Source: an uncultured Candidatus Rokubacteria bacterium (GTDB lineage Bacteria; Methylomirabilota; Methylomirabilia; Rokubacteriales; CSP1-6). Taken from it: DNA of 64,000 bases. The stretch spans positions 96,001-160,000 of the forward strand of contig CAVYTA010000001.1 of NCBI GenBank assembly GCA_963771355.1, read 5' to 3'. The position numbers and the translations under genes were made by a program. This document shows positions 19,634 through 29,888 of the stretch, one piece after another (the stretch's first letter is position 1; the number at the start of each line of letters is the position of its first letter). A model generated the notes under the pieces. It was given only the letters and a program-made list of their open reading frames with translations. It was not told where the DNA came from and did no database searches.

Positions 19634-21997
19634 ATGGGTAGCGTGCTGTCACGAGACGAGCTCAGCGCCATCGATGCGTACTGGCGGGCGGCGAACTATC
19701 TCTCCGTCGGCCAGATCTACCTCCTGGACAACCCCCTGCTCCGGCAACCCCTCACGCCTGAGCACATCAAGCCCCGGCTGCTCGGTCACTGGGGCACGAC
19801 GCCGGGGCTGAACTTCATCTACGCGCACCTGAACCGGGCGATCAGGAAGTACGACCTCGACATGATCTACGTGTGCGGCCCCGGCCACGGCGGCCCGGGG
19901 ATGGTCGCCAACACGTATCTCGAGGGCACGTACAGCGAACTGTACGCGAGCATCTCGCAGGATGCCGAGGGGATGCGACGCCTCTTCAAGCAGTTCTCCT
20001 TCCCGGGCGGGATCCCGAGTCATGCCTCTCCCGAGACCCCCGGCTCGATCAACGAGGGCGGCGAGCTCGGCTACTCGCTGGCGCACGCCTACGGGGCTGC
20101 GTTCGACAACCCCGATCTGATCGTCGCGTGTGTGGTGGGGGACGGGGAGGCCGAGACCGGCGCTCTGGCGACGGCCTGGCACTCAAACAAGTTCCTCAAT
20201 CCCGCCACCGACGGCGCCGTCGTGCCGATCCTGCACCTGAATGGCTACAAGATCGCCGGTCCGACCGTCCTGGCCCGGATCGGCCGGCAGGAGCTCGAGA
20301 GCCTCCTGGTCGGCTACGGCCATGAGCCTCACTTCGTCGAGGGTACCGACCCCGAGGTCATGCACGAGCAGATGGCGGCGAGCTTGGACACCGTGATCGA
20401 ACGGATCCGCGCCATCCAGCAGGACGCGCGGGGCGGGGCCGGGGCCCGGCGGCCGCGCTGGCCCATGATCGTCCTGCAGACGCCCAAGGGCTGGACCGGT
20501 CCGAAGGAGGTCGACGGCAAGAAGACCGAGGGTTCCTGGCGGTCACACCAGGTGCCGCTCGCCGAAGTGGCCACGAACGAGGCGCACCGCCGGCAGCTCG
20601 AGCAGTGGATGAGGAGCTACCGGCCCGAGACCCTCTTCGACGAATCGGGCCGCCTCGTGCCGCAGATCGCCGCCCTGGCGCCGGTCGGATTACGGCGCAT
20701 GGGCGCCAATCCGCATGCCAACGGCGGCCTTCTCCTCAAGGATCTGATGATGCCGAACTTCCGCGACTTCGCGGTCGACGTCCCCAAGCCCGCAACTAAG
20801 TTCGCCGAGGCCACCCGGGTCCTCGGCGTCTTCCTGCGCGACGTCATGCGACTGAATCGCGATCGGCGAGACTTCCGTGTCTTCGGGCCCGACGAGACCG
20901 CCTCGAATCGCCTGGGCGCGCTGTTCGAGGTCACCGATCGTACGTGGCTGGCCGACCGGCGCGCGGAGGACGAGTCGCTCGGTCCCGACGGGCGCGTCAT
21001 GGAGATCCTGAGCGAGCACACCTGCCAGGGCTGGCTCGAGGGCTATCTCCTCAGCGGGCGTCACGGGTTCTTCTCGTGCTACGAGGCCTTCATCCACATC
21101 GTCGACTCGATGTTCAATCAGCACGCGAAGTGGCTGAAGGTGTGCAGGGAGATCTCCTGGCGCCGGCCGGTCGCGTCTCTCAACTACCTGCTCACGTCTC
21201 ATGTCTGGCGCCAGGACCACAACGGTTTCTCCCACCAGGATCCCGGCTTTCTTGACGTCGTCGTCAACAAGAAAGCCGACGTGATCCGCGTCTACCTGCC
21301 GCCGGACGCGAACACCCTGTTATCGGTCGCCGACCATTGCCTGCGGAGCCGGAACTACGTCAACGTCATCGTGGCCGGCAAGCAGCCCGGCCTCCAGTAC
21401 CTCGACATGGATGCCGCCATCAAACACTGCACGGCCGGCATCGGCATCTGGGAGTGGGCGAGCAACGACCGGGGGAGCGAGCCCGACGTCGTGATGGCCT
21501 GCGCGGGCGACGTGCCGACCCTTGAGACGCTCGCGGCGGTCTCGCTGCTGCGTCAGCATCTCCCGACGCTTAGGGTCCGGGTGATCAATGTCGTCAATCT
21601 CATGAAGCTCCAGCCGACGAGGGAGCACCCGCACGGGCTCTCCGATCGGGAGTTCGACACCCTGTTCACGACGGACAAGCCGATCATCTTCGCGTTCCAC
21701 GGCTACCCGTGGCTGATCCATCGTCTCACCTACCGGCGGACCAACCACCAGAACCTCCACGTGCGAGGCTACAAGGAGGAGGGCACCACGACGACGCCCT
21801 TCGACATGGTCGTGCTGAACGAGCTCGACCGGTTCCATCTGGTGGTGGACGTGATCGACCGCGTGCCGGGGCTGGGGACGACGGCCGCCTACGCCAAGCA
21901 GGCGATCCGCGACAAGCTCATCGAGCACCGGCAGTACATCGAGCGATACGGCGAGGACATGCCAGAGGTCCGCGAGTGGACGTGGAGCGGAGAATAA
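19634..21997 (+). CDS. xfp: Xylulose-5-P/fructose-6-P phosphoketolase
   Basis: [39 protein letters not shown]. Confidence 0.97.
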   Translation: MGSVLSRDELSAIDAYWRAANYLSVGQIYLLDNPLLRQPLTPEHIKPRLLGHWGTTPGLNFIYAHLNRAIRKYDLDMIYVCGPGHGGPGMVANTYLEGTYSELYASISQDAEGMRRLFKQFSFPGGIPSHASPETPGSINEGGELGYSLAHAYGAAFDNPDLIVACVVGDGEAETGALATAWHSNKFLNPATDGAVVPILHLNGYKIAGPTVLARIGRQELESLLVGYGHEPHFVEGTDPEVMHEQMAASLDTVIERIRAIQQDARGGAGARRPRWPMIVLQTPKGWTGPKEVDGKKTEGSWRSHQVPLAEVATNEAHRRQLEQWMRSYRPETLFDESGRLVPQIAALAPVGLRRMGANPHANGGLLLKDLMMPNFRDFAVDVPKPATKFAEATRVLGVFLRDVMRLNRDRRDFRVFGPDETASNRLGALFEVTDRTWLADRRAEDESLGPDGRVMEILSEHTCQGWLEGYLLSGRHGFFSCYEAFIHIVDSMFNQHAKWLKVCREISWRRPVASLNYLLTSHVWRQDHNGFSHQDPGFLDVVVNKKADVIRVYLPPDANTLLSVADHCLRSRNYVNVIVAGKQPGLQYLDMDAAIKHCTAGIGIWEWASNDRGSEPDVVMACAGDVPTLETLAAVSLLRQHLPTLRVRVINVVNLMKLQPTREHPHGLSDREFDTLFTTDKPIIFAFHGYPWLIHRLTYRRTNHQNLHVRGYKEEGTTTTPFDMVVLNELDRFHLVVDVIDRVPGLGTTAAYAKQAIRDKLIEHRQYIERYGEDMPEVREWTWSGE

Positions 21998-22010
21998 GGG
22001 ATGCCAGACG

Positions 22011-22661
22011 TCATGATGGAGGGTCGTCGACACCGCCGGGCGCCTTGTTCAGGCGCAACAGCCCCTCGAACCGTACTGACCGCGTCAGCCACGACGTGCT
22101 CGCACTCACCAGCAGCGCGACCACCGTCCCCACGGTGGCCGCGAGCATGTCGTGCTGGGCGTCCCAGGGATCCCCTTGCGCCCCGACGAAGGCGATGCCT
22201 AGATCGGGTCGCGCGAGTTGAGCCACCCCTGCTTCGATGATCTCCCAGGCACCGGCGAGGGCGAGCTGGGTCATGAAGGCCAGATAGAAGAGGAGCAGGC
22301 CCCGCGCGCCAGTCCGCCGACGGAACACTTCCAGCAGAGGATACGTGAGGCAGAGACCGAAGGCGAAGTGGACGACGCGGTCGAAGTCATTGCGCTCGAG
22401 CCCGAATGCCGTCTGGAGCCAATGGCCGAGGGGTACCTGCGAGTAGGTATAGTGGGCGCCCACGGTGTGCAAGACCAGAAAGCCGGCGATGAGCGCGTAT
22501 GAGACCGACGACAGGGGAAAAGCCCGCCTGCCGAAGACGAGGCCGCCGACAAAGGTCATGGGCAGGATGCTGGCCAGTACCCAGTTTCCTGGGTCCAACG
22601 GGGCGCGGCCCAGGGCCGCCCAGAAGACGAGATACCCTCCCAGCAACATGTTCGGACTCAT
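22011..22661 (-). CDS. DUF2238 membrane protein
   Basis: LHTVGAHYTYSQVP, RNDFDRVVHF, WEIIE, GAQGDPWDAQHDM. Confidence 0.85.
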   Translation of the reverse strand: MSPNMLLGGYLVFWAALGRAPLDPGNWVLASILPMTFVGGLVFGRRAFPLSSVSYALIAGFLVLHTVGAHYTYSQVPLGHWLQTAFGLERNDFDRVVHFAFGLCLTYPLLEVFRRRTGARGLLLFYLAFMTQLALAGAWEIIEAGVAQLARPDLGIAFVGAQGDPWDAQHDMLAATVGTVVALLVSASTSWLTRSVRFEGLLRLNKAPGGVDDPPS

Positions 22662-22699
22662 GGAGGATTCTATCCAGCAGGCGACGACCCCGCAACCGA

Positions 22700-23345
22700 T
22701 CGTGCTTCCGGCTTCCCCACCGCTGGAAGGCGGCCGCGATCGCGGTCGACAGAAGCGCGCCCAGGGCGGCCAGCGACATGTCCTTGTGCGCGTCCCACGG
22801 GTCCCCTTGCGCCCCGAGATAGGCGATGCCAAGCTCTCCGCCAAAGACCATGGCGGCGCCCCACTCGATCAGCTCGTACGTCGCCGAGCTCGACATAGTC
22901 AGGTCCATCGGGAGGAAATAGCCCCAGAAACCCCGAAGCGCCGTGGCGCGGACGAACGCCTCCCTGACCGGTTGGGTCAGGAGCAGGCCGTAGATGAAGT
23001 GCACGATGCGGTCGAAGTTATTCCGCTGCCAGCCGAGCGCCCCGTTGAGGCTCTTGCCGGTGATCGCGGTGAACCACGCGTCGTAAGGGACCTCGGAGTA
23101 CGTGTAGTGCGCTCCGACGGCGTGGAACGTGAGAAAGAGGAAGATCAGCGTATAGGACAGCCGAGACAGTGGGACGCGCCGTCGAGTAAGCGCGAGGAGG
23201 GCTACGGCGAGAGGGTGAGGACGTTTTCGAGGGCCCAATCCGCCCGGTGGCGGGGCGCGATGGCGAGGCCGAGCCAGACGAGCGCGAAGAGCGCCGCGAG
23301 GAGCGCGACATAGCGGCGCTCCGCGACGCCACCCATGACAGGCAT
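22700..23345 (-). pseudogene. DUF2238 membrane protein, frameshifted near 23210 (3' end approximate)
   Basis: N-terminal DWALENVL in one frame; HAVGAHYTYSEVP..RNNFDR..QGDPWDAHKDM in another. Confidence 0.75.
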
Positions 23346-23379
23346 GAGAGCGCCAACGTACTCCCGGGCGAGCGAGACG

Positions 23380-23487
23380 TCAACGGTCTCGAGCGATGCT
23401 CGCCAGGACCGCCTCGTGCAGGAAGCCATTGGTCGCCATGATCCCATGCTCGTTGACCAGACTTGGGGCCCGATAGTCGATTGACAT
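23380..23487 (-). pseudogene. C-terminal remnant of CysQ/inositol monophosphatase family gene
   Basis: Manual translation IDYRAPSLVNEHGIMATNGFLHEAVLASIARDR*. Confidence 0.55.
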
Positions 23488-23516
23488 GAAGCCACCGAAA
23501 ACGACGCCGTCGGGCT

Positions 23517-23657
23517 TCACCACACCCGGATTTCGCATGCGATACTGAACTCCCGGAAGCGCCAGTAGCGCAACCCCAAGGTCAGCGCGATGAGATCCGT
23601 CTTGTCGTCCATCTCCGCCAGCGCGACCACCACGAGCGAACTGATCAGGGGCATCAT
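23517..23657 (-). pseudogene. N-terminal remnant of TMEM165/GDT1 (UPF0016) gene
   Basis: SLVVVALAEMDDKTDLIALTLGLRY, a degenerate ExGDKT motif, then truncation. Confidence 0.65.
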
Positions 23658-24955
23658 CGCTGCGCTCGCATCAGCCATCCTGCCGCCAGGCCGGTTGCAC
23701 ACAGCAACACTCCGAGGCCGATCGCCAGCGGCTCCAGCTGCGTCATCATGAAGGCCACCGACCCGAGCCCGAGCACCGGCAACACGGGAATGCCGCCCAC
23801 GGTCCCCGCGACCGCGAACGGGCGTGGCAGCTCCGGGCGCGTGCGCCGGAGAAGGATTACCGTCCCGTTCACCGCGAGAAACACGACATAGACCGCGAAA
23901 TCCGTCACCGCGGCGACCACGGCAAAATCGCCGAACAAGGCAAACGTTCCCGCGACCAGCGCCACCGCCACGATCGCGCGAATCGGGGTGCGCCGACGCT
24001 GATGGACGAACGCGAAGGAGCGTGGCATCGCCCCGGCCTTCGCCATCCCGTACATGACCCGCGACGCGGCGGTCACCACGAGGAGTGTGGTGTTGGTCGT
24101 CGTCATGACGGCGATCGCCGCCACGACGGTGGCACCTCGGTCTCCCAGCACGTGGGCCATCACATCGGCCAGCGGGCGCGGCGAAGCGGCGAGCGTGTCG
24201 GCGCCGAGCACGCTCACGGCGGCGACCGCCACGGCGATGTAGAGCCCGGTCGACAGCCCGAGCGCGAGCAGCAAGGCGCGGGGCACGGTCCGCGTCGGAT
24301 CGCGTGTTTCTTCTGCGAGCGTGATGACTTCATCGAACCCGATGAAGGCGAAGAACACGAGTGCCGCCGCCCCAAGCACACCTCCGACGCCATGCCCGGA
24401 CAGGAGATCTACGTCTCCGACATGGGGTACCCCTATGGCGATGACGAGCACCAGCCCGCCGACCTGGACCGCGCTCAAGGCGACCGTGAGCCGGGCGGAG
24501 TGCTTGACCCCCACCATCGCGATGGTGGACACCACGGTCAGAAGACCGAGGGCTGTCGCCCGCGCATCGATGTCCAGGAAGTAGCCCGCGTAACGCGCAA
24601 ACCCGATCGACACCGTAGCTGCAGCCACAACCAAGCCCATGATCATCGTCCAGCCAACGACGAACGCGACCCACTCCGGCATCGCCCGGCGCGTGTACTC
24701 GTATTCGCCCGCGGCGCTGGGGAACATCGAGCTGAGTTCGGCATAGCTGAGACCAGTCAGAGCGCTCAACACGGCAGCGACGAGAAACGCCAGCCAGACG
24801 AGCGGGCCCGCGTGTGCGGTGGCGGCGCCAAGCAAAACGTAGATCCCCGCCCCGATGATGATTCCCACGCCGCCGGCGGTGACTTCCATGAGGCCGAGCA
24901 CACGACGGAGCGACGTGGCAGGGTCGATGGGGTTCGGGCCGGCGCCGTTGGCCAT
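23654..24955 (-). CDS. APC family amino acid permease
   Basis: GIIIGAGIY, SYAELSS.FP.A.GEY, FFAFIGF, EETRDP. Confidence 0.92.
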   Translation of the reverse strand: MANGAGPNPIDPATSLRRVLGLMEVTAGGVGIIIGAGIYVLLGAATAHAGPLVWLAFLVAAVLSALTGLSYAELSSMFPSAAGEYEYTRRAMPEWVAFVVGWTMIMGLVVAAATVSIGFARYAGYFLDIDARATALGLLTVVSTIAMVGVKHSARLTVALSAVQVGGLVLVIAIGVPHVGDVDLLSGHGVGGVLGAAALVFFAFIGFDEVITLAEETRDPTRTVPRALLLALGLSTGLYIAVAVAAVSVLGADTLAASPRPLADVMAHVLGDRGATVVAAIAVMTTTNTTLLVVTAASRVMYGMAKAGAMPRSFAFVHQRRRTPIRAIVAVALVAGTFALFGDFAVVAAVTDFAVYVVFLAVNGTVILLRRTRPELPRPFAVAGTVGGIPVLPVLGLGSVAFMMTQLEPLAIGLGVLLCATGLAAGWLMRAQR

Positions 24956-25008
24956 GAGCGTTGGTTCACACGATGCAGAGGCTGCCGGCGTAGATCAGCA
25001 CGTCGAAA

Positions 25009-25087
25009 TCGTTCGTTTCATCGCGATCATCTTACCCGGCGAGATCACGTTTTCTGGCCTCGAACTCGTCGCGGTTGATCTCGCCCC
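25009..25087 (-). repeat. Inverted repeat copy B (SHOCT gene 3' end and downstream)
   Basis: Reverse-complement match to 18869-18947. Confidence 0.85.
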
Positions 25088-25340
25088 GGGCATACCGCTC
25101 TCGCAAGATCTCGAGCGCCGTGTCCTTCCCCGGCGCTCGGCCCTGTGCGACGAGCCAGCGAATGCCGAGCACGGTGCCGGTGATCAAGATCGCCCAGAAT
25201 AACAGCATCATACCGAGACCCCAGACTCCCCACATCGGATGCATCCCCCAGTGCCACTCATAGACCCGCTCCTGCGCCCATGCCGAGCCCGGCACGAGAA
25301 GTATCGCCAGCAGCGGCAGCCGGATTCCTAGACGTTCCAT
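25032..25340 (-). CDS. SHOCT domain membrane protein
   Basis: ALEILRERYARGEINRDEFEARK; RBS ggagga. Confidence 0.88.
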   Translation of the reverse strand: MERLGIRLPLLAILLVPGSAWAQERVYEWHWGMHPMWGVWGLGMMLLFWAILITGTVLGIRWLVAQGRAPGKDTALEILRERYARGEINRDEFEARKRDLAG

Positions 25341-25468
25341 GTATCCTCCGCCTCTCCTACCAGCGCCAGGTCCTTGCTCGGCAGCGGCCGCCGGCGAGTC
25401 ACTGCGCCGTTGTGCGGCATCAACGGCCCGGCGACTTCATGTGCTGTCTCTCTGAAAAAAACCGTCAG

Positions 25469-25484
25469 AGCAAGGGGGGTGCCA
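25469..25484 (-). promoter_or_regulatory. sigma54 -24/-12 promoter
   Basis: TGGCACCCCCCTTGCT on minus strand, upstream of the SHOCT gene. Confidence 0.8.
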
Positions 25485-25580
25485 TCACGAGGCCGGCGCC
25501 AGTGCCCTCGTAAGTGACCGAAACAGCGCGCGAGGGCCGGGACCCCTCTGCGCTCGCATTCTGCTCCGGCCTGCGCACAT

Positions 25581-25709
25581 CGTCCGGCACTGCCCCACGT
25601 GGGACGATGCCTTCCCGACCCCAATGACAGTGCGCGCCAACCCGAACACGGCGCGGGCATGAAGCTCGACGGAGCCGGTAATCCGATTCGCGCGGGGCAC
25701 GGCTGCCCC
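25581..25709. promoter_or_regulatory. Putative enhancer palindromes between divergent sigma54 promoters
   Basis: GGGACG-ATGC-CTTCCC (25601), GGGGCA-CGGC-TGCCCC (25694), half-site TGCCCCA (25591). Confidence 0.65.
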
Positions 25710-25794
25710 GATAGGGGCTCGCCCCGCCTCACCTCGCGCCCCGCCTTAGCGCCGAGAAACTCTGAAGGGCCTGGAATCACTGCAGAACCCTTCC

Positions 25795-25810
25795 TGGCAT
25801 TACCATTGCT
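25795..25810 (+). promoter_or_regulatory. sigma54 -24/-12 promoter
   Basis: TGGCATTACCATTGCT. Confidence 0.85.
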
Positions 25811-25875
25811 GTTCTTGTCTGGTGCCTGATCGGGCGAGAGAACCGAATCGCCTGCCCCTCGGACAAGGAGACTTC

Positions 25876-26664
25876 ATGTCGCTGAAGGACCTGCTCGTCA
25901 TCGCGGACAATGACCCGACCTACGCGGCCCGCCTCGACATCGCGCTCGCGCTGGCTGCCGAGCATCACGCACACCTGACAGGGCTGTACGTGATGCCGCC
26001 GCCCCTGAAGCCGATCCTCGAGCTTGAGGACGCGGCCCGACGGGCGGCGGCGGTCTTCGCCGAGCGTGCGGGACGGACCACGGTATCCACGGATTGGCGG
26101 GTCGCGGAGGGCGACATCGTGCGTGTGGCGAGCGAGCAGGCCCGCTATGCGGACCTGACCGTGCTCCCCCAGGGCATCGACCTCGGGTTCGCCTCCGCCG
26201 ACCTCGCGCGGCTGCCCCAGGAGCTGGCCCTCGGAGTGGGCCGTCCCGTGCTGGTCATCCCGCGCCATGGCTCGTTCCCCAAGGTGGGCGGCCGGGTGCT
26301 GGTGGCCTGGAACGGGAGCCGCGAGGCCACGCGGGCGGTCCACGACGCTCTGCCCTTGTTGCGCCGGGCCGAGCAGGTCACCGTTCTGTCGATCAATCCG
26401 GACGCCGCTGCGGAGCGCCGCCTGCCTGGTGCGCATGTCTCCCGGCACCTCACCCGTCATGGAGTGACCGTGCAGGCGACGCCGACCATCACCGGTGCCG
26501 ATGTCGCCGTCGGCGACCTCCTGCTCTCCTATGTCGCCGATCACGACATCGACCTCGTCGTGATGGGCGCCTACGGGCACACCCGACTGCGCGAGATGGT
26601 CCTCGGCGGGGCCACCCGGACGCTGCTCCGGCACATGACGGTGCCGGTGCTGATGTCGCATTGA
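25876..26664 (+). CDS. Universal stress protein
   Basis: GRPVLVIP, VAWNGSREATRA, MGAYGHTRLREMVLGGAT, PVLMSH. Confidence 0.93.
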   Translation: MSLKDLLVIADNDPTYAARLDIALALAAEHHAHLTGLYVMPPPLKPILELEDAARRAAAVFAERAGRTTVSTDWRVAEGDIVRVASEQARYADLTVLPQGIDLGFASADLARLPQELALGVGRPVLVIPRHGSFPKVGGRVLVAWNGSREATRAVHDALPLLRRAEQVTVLSINPDAAAERRLPGAHVSRHLTRHGVTVQATPTITGADVAVGDLLLSYVADHDIDLVVMGAYGHTRLREMVLGGATRTLLRHMTVPVLMSH

Positions 26665-26675
26665 GGGCGCGCCCG

Positions 26676-26940
26676 ATGGACGGAAGAGTGTTCTATCGCA
26701 TCGTCGTCGCGGTAGATTTCTCGCCGCCTTCCGAAGAGGCGTGGGATCATGCCAGGCGGCTGGCGGCCCTCTCGGACGCGGAGTTGATTCTTACCCACGT
26801 CGTGGCCGCGGCCCCTGGGTTTGTGGGCGGATCGCTCACGCGCACGCGGATCGCCGAGGTCCAGGCCTCGCTGCGCCGCTGGGCGGACGACAAGCTGACA
26901 AAGTGGACGGCCGGTGCTGTCGGTCCGCGCACTATCATGA
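26676..26940 (+). pseudogene. Truncated universal stress protein (N-terminal half)
   Basis: FYRIVVAVDFSPPSEEA..LTHVV; lacks the C-terminal G.HG..GSV motif. Confidence 0.7.
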
Positions 26941-26953
26941 TGGGATGGTCACC

Positions 26954-26969
26954 CGGCACCTCGGTTGCA
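26954..26969 (+). promoter_or_regulatory. sigma54 -24/-12 promoter
   Basis: CGGCACCTCGGTTGCA. Confidence 0.7.
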
Positions 26970-27070
26970 CTTAGTATTCGTAGAGGTTGGGGGCCTGACG
27001 GTCGCTGCACCGGCTGGGACCCCCGAACGCGGGTGGATGATTGGCCGCCACCGGGCGCGGGAGAGTCATC

Positions 27071-27535
27071 ATGTTGGTCCAAGAGCTGAGCAGGCAGGAG
27101 AGTCTAGACCTGTTGGCGCACAGGCGTCTGGGGAGATTGGCGTGTGCCCAGGGGGCGCAACCCTATGTCGTGCCCGTCTACTTCGTTTATCACGAGCGAT
27201 CGCTCTATAGCTTTGCCACGGTCGGGCAAAAGATCGAGTGGATGCGCGCCAACCCGCTGGTCTGCGTCGAAACGGACGAGGTGGTGAGCCCGCAGCAGTG
27301 GGTGAGCGTCATCGTGTTCGGTCGCTACGAGGAGCTGCCGGATACGCCACAATGGCAGAGCGCACGCACACTCGCCCACACGCTGCTGAAGCAGACCGCC
27401 ATGTGGTGGGAGCCGGCCTACGTGAAGACGATTCACTGCGGTGCACAGCGTCCGCTGATACCGGTCTTCTACCGCATTCACATCGATCAAATTACCGGCC
27501 ACCGCGCCACCCCGGAGCCGGGCGGCATCGTCTGA
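27071..27535 (+). CDS. Pyridoxamine 5'-phosphate oxidase-like flavin-binding protein
   Basis: GRLAC...PYVVP, GQKIEWMRANP.VC, WVSVIV.GRYEEL. Confidence 0.88.
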   Translation: MLVQELSRQESLDLLAHRRLGRLACAQGAQPYVVPVYFVYHERSLYSFATVGQKIEWMRANPLVCVETDEVVSPQQWVSVIVFGRYEELPDTPQWQSARTLAHTLLKQTAMWWEPAYVKTIHCGAQRPLIPVFYRIHIDQITGHRATPEPGGIV

Positions 27536-27587
27536 CGCTCGGTAGTCGGTGCTCGACTCGGGCGAGGCCGGCGGCTCCGCGCCGGAT

Positions 27588-27622
27588 GGGGCGGCGATGT
27601 CCCACCGGGGTGCCGGCTTCCC
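27588..27622. promoter_or_regulatory. Putative paired enhancer palindromes
   Basis: GGGGCG-GCGA-TGTCCC and GGGGTG-CCGG-CTTCCC. Confidence 0.65.
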
Positions 27623-27675
27623 ATTCCCCCTCGCGCTCTGCGAAGTAACCACGTGTGTTCGTTCACCTCTTCGGG

Positions 27676-27691
27676 TGGCATTTCCGTTGCA
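27676..27691 (+). promoter_or_regulatory. sigma54 -24/-12 promoter
   Basis: TGGCATTTCCGTTGCA. Confidence 0.85.
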
Positions 27692-27745
27692 CTCTTTCGT
27701 CGCCATGACCGGGCGACCAAGTTCAGGAAGCCGAGGAGGCCACCA

Positions 27746-28192
27746 ATGAGCCGAATTCGACGCGTGCTGCACCCCACCGATTTCTCCGGCGCCTCCGCCG
27801 CCGCCTTCGCGCGGGCCGTCGAAACGGCCAGGTCCAGCCGGGCCGAACTCTTGGTTGTCAATGTCATCCCGCCCACCTTTCTGCCGATCGGCAATGGATA
27901 TATCTCGCCTACGGTGTACGAGGACATGGAAGCCTCCGCGCGCGCCTATGCTCAGAAGCACCTGACGGCGTTGGTCGCCAAGGCAAAGAAAGCGGGCGTT
28001 CGCGCGAAGGGGCTGCTCATGGAGGGCCCGCCGCACGAGCGCATCGTGCAGGCGGCCCGCCGCAAACGGGCCGACCTCGTGGTGATCGGCACACACGGGC
28101 GGACCGGTCTTGCCAAGTTCTTTCTCGGGAGCGTTGCAAGCCGGGTGCTCGCCATCTCGCCGTGTCCTGTCCTGACGGTGCGCGGCAAATAG
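27746..28192 (+). CDS. Universal stress protein
   Basis: LHPTDFS, GTHGRTGL..FFLGSVA, CPVLTV. Confidence 0.95.
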   Translation: MSRIRRVLHPTDFSGASAAAFARAVETARSSRAELLVVNVIPPTFLPIGNGYISPTVYEDMEASARAYAQKHLTALVAKAKKAGVRAKGLLMEGPPHERIVQAARRKRADLVVIGTHGRTGLAKFFLGSVASRVLAISPCPVLTVRGK

Positions 28193-28241
28193 TCCCAAAC
28201 GACCCGGTACCGGGGTTTGGCTCCGGAGGAGGGAACGCACG

Positions 28242-28847
28242 ATGAACACACTCGATGACGTGCGCGAAGTACGAGAAGCTTCCACCGCTTCGCTGGTGGC
28301 GGTGATCGCGATCATGATCGCCAGCGCGCTCGGCTTCGTGCTGCTCACGGCGCCGCTCGCGAAGCTCATGGGTTCCGGCGGGGGCGCGCTGCCGGCGGCG
28401 ATTCACGGTCTCATGGCGTTCCTGTACCTCTTCGTCGGGACCATTGGCCTGTACCTCGGTTGGCGTCTCCTGACCGGACATATCCGGGCATTCGCCGACC
28501 TCCAGCTGCTGGCGGTGGTGGCCGCCACCTTCTCGTTTCTCGCCATCTGCTTCGGGAACTGGCTTTACATCTACTATCGGGCCCCGGTGTCGGATAGCCC
28601 ACGGTCCTACTTCGTCAAGAACATGCCCGAGGTGCACCGGATCTTCTTCGAGTTCAAGGAATTCAGCGCGTTGTTCACACTGCCGCTGGCGGTCTGCGCT
28701 GCGTTCATCCTGTGGCGATACGGAATCCAGACGCTCGAGCGCCCCTGGTTGCGCTACAGCGTGGCCGTGCTCATGGGGCTGGCCTTCTTCTATCTCGTGG
28801 TCGCCTTCGGTCTGGGCGCCGCGGTTACCAAGCTCCGACCTGCCTGA
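28242..28847 (+). CDS. Multi-pass membrane protein of unknown function
   Basis: About 5 TM helices; IHG, GNWLYIYYR, H..FFEFKE; RBS ggagagg. Confidence 0.8.
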   Translation: MNTLDDVREVREASTASLVAVIAIMIASALGFVLLTAPLAKLMGSGGGALPAAIHGLMAFLYLFVGTIGLYLGWRLLTGHIRAFADLQLLAVVAATFSFLAICFGNWLYIYYRAPVSDSPRSYFVKNMPEVHRIFFEFKEFSALFTLPLAVCAAFILWRYGIQTLERPWLRYSVAVLMGLAFFYLVVAFGLGAAVTKLRPA

Positions 28848-28862
28848 CGGGGGAGGACGAAT

Positions 28863-29279
28863 ATGAGCCCGACAACGAGCACTGCCAAGCCGGACGAGAA
28901 GAACGTCGAAGTGGCCTGGACTCCGTCGACGCGCGAGCGCATCCCGGGAGGGATCGCGGTGGGGGCGTTGATGGCGGCCATGGTGGGGATGCTGACCCTC
29001 GCGGTGGTGAACGTTTTCACCGCTGGGTCGAAGGCCTTCAACGTCTGGGTCCATGAGGTGGGCAAGCTCTGGATGCCGGGCGCCGCAGGCATCGGGCCCT
29101 ACTCGGGCAAGGAGACGCTGGCGCTGGTGGCCTGGCTGGGCACCTGGCTGATCCTGCACTTCGCCCTGCGGAACAAAGATCTGGAGATCTCGCGCTGGTT
29201 CATCGTCTTCCTGGTGGGCGTGGGAATCGCCACCACTTTGATCTGGCCGCCGGTGTTCGAGTACCTGGCCGGACATTAA
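28863..29279 (+). CDS. Membrane protein of unknown function
   Basis: About 3 TM helices; GIGPYSGKE; RBS ggagga. Confidence 0.8.
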   Translation: MSPTTSTAKPDEKNVEVAWTPSTRERIPGGIAVGALMAAMVGMLTLAVVNVFTAGSKAFNVWVHEVGKLWMPGAAGIGPYSGKETLALVAWLGTWLILHFALRNKDLEISRWFIVFLVGVGIATTLIWPPVFEYLAGH

Positions 29280-29296
29280 CGAAGGGGAGGTATGTC

Positions 29297-29617
29297 ATGA
29301 AGCGTGTGATCGTGGGCCGTGCGATGGTTGGGCTTCTGGGGCTCGGGCTCGTCCTTGGTCCGACGCTGCCCGCGCGCTCCGGGCCCGGAATGGACGACGA
29401 GCGGATGGCCCAGATGATGAAGATGATGGGCGATATGCAAGAGCAGATGAAGGGGATGCGGCAGCAGATGCAGGGGATGGGCCCGATGCATGGGCGGATG
29501 GAGCACATGATGGGAGAGATGGGGCGGATGCGCGCCTTGATGGAGCAGCATCGCGGCCAGATGATGCAGCATTGCGCCGAGGGGAAACCCGCCCAGCCCC
29601 CCGTGCCGCACAAGTAG
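29297..29617 (+). CDS. Secreted Met-rich protein (possible Cu/Ag binder)
   Basis: Signal peptide; MAQMMKMMGDMQEQMKGM..MHGRMEHMM. Confidence 0.7.
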   Translation: MKRVIVGRAMVGLLGLGLVLGPTLPARSGPGMDDERMAQMMKMMGDMQEQMKGMRQQMQGMGPMHGRMEHMMGEMGRMRALMEQHRGQMMQHCAEGKPAQPPVPHK

Positions 29618-29636
29618 CCTGGCGCCGGAGGCGGAC

Positions 29637-29888
29637 ATGATCGATCGGGATGCGCTGATCACCTACCTGGCCGTAGTCCTCCGTGGCCCCGTCGAGGTCC
29701 TGACGCTTCGCCCGTTCAAGGACGCTCCCGCCGAAGCGGAAGACGCGCTGGTGATCGCGCATCCGCGCTGGTACCCGACGCTGACCGCCGGGACGCGACG
29801 AGCGCTCATCGGCTTCGCGCAGCGGCTCATGGCGAACGGCCCCGTCGATCCCGCGCGCGTCCTGGAGCTGCTCGGAGGCCGGTCGTGA
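29637..29888 (+). pseudogene. Short ORF, probably an internally deleted phosphotransferase-family gene
   Basis: N-terminal ..LITYL..RGPVEV joined directly to ALVIAHPRWYPTL..RRAL; GTGA-coupled to the next gene; family call from recollection only. Confidence 0.4.
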
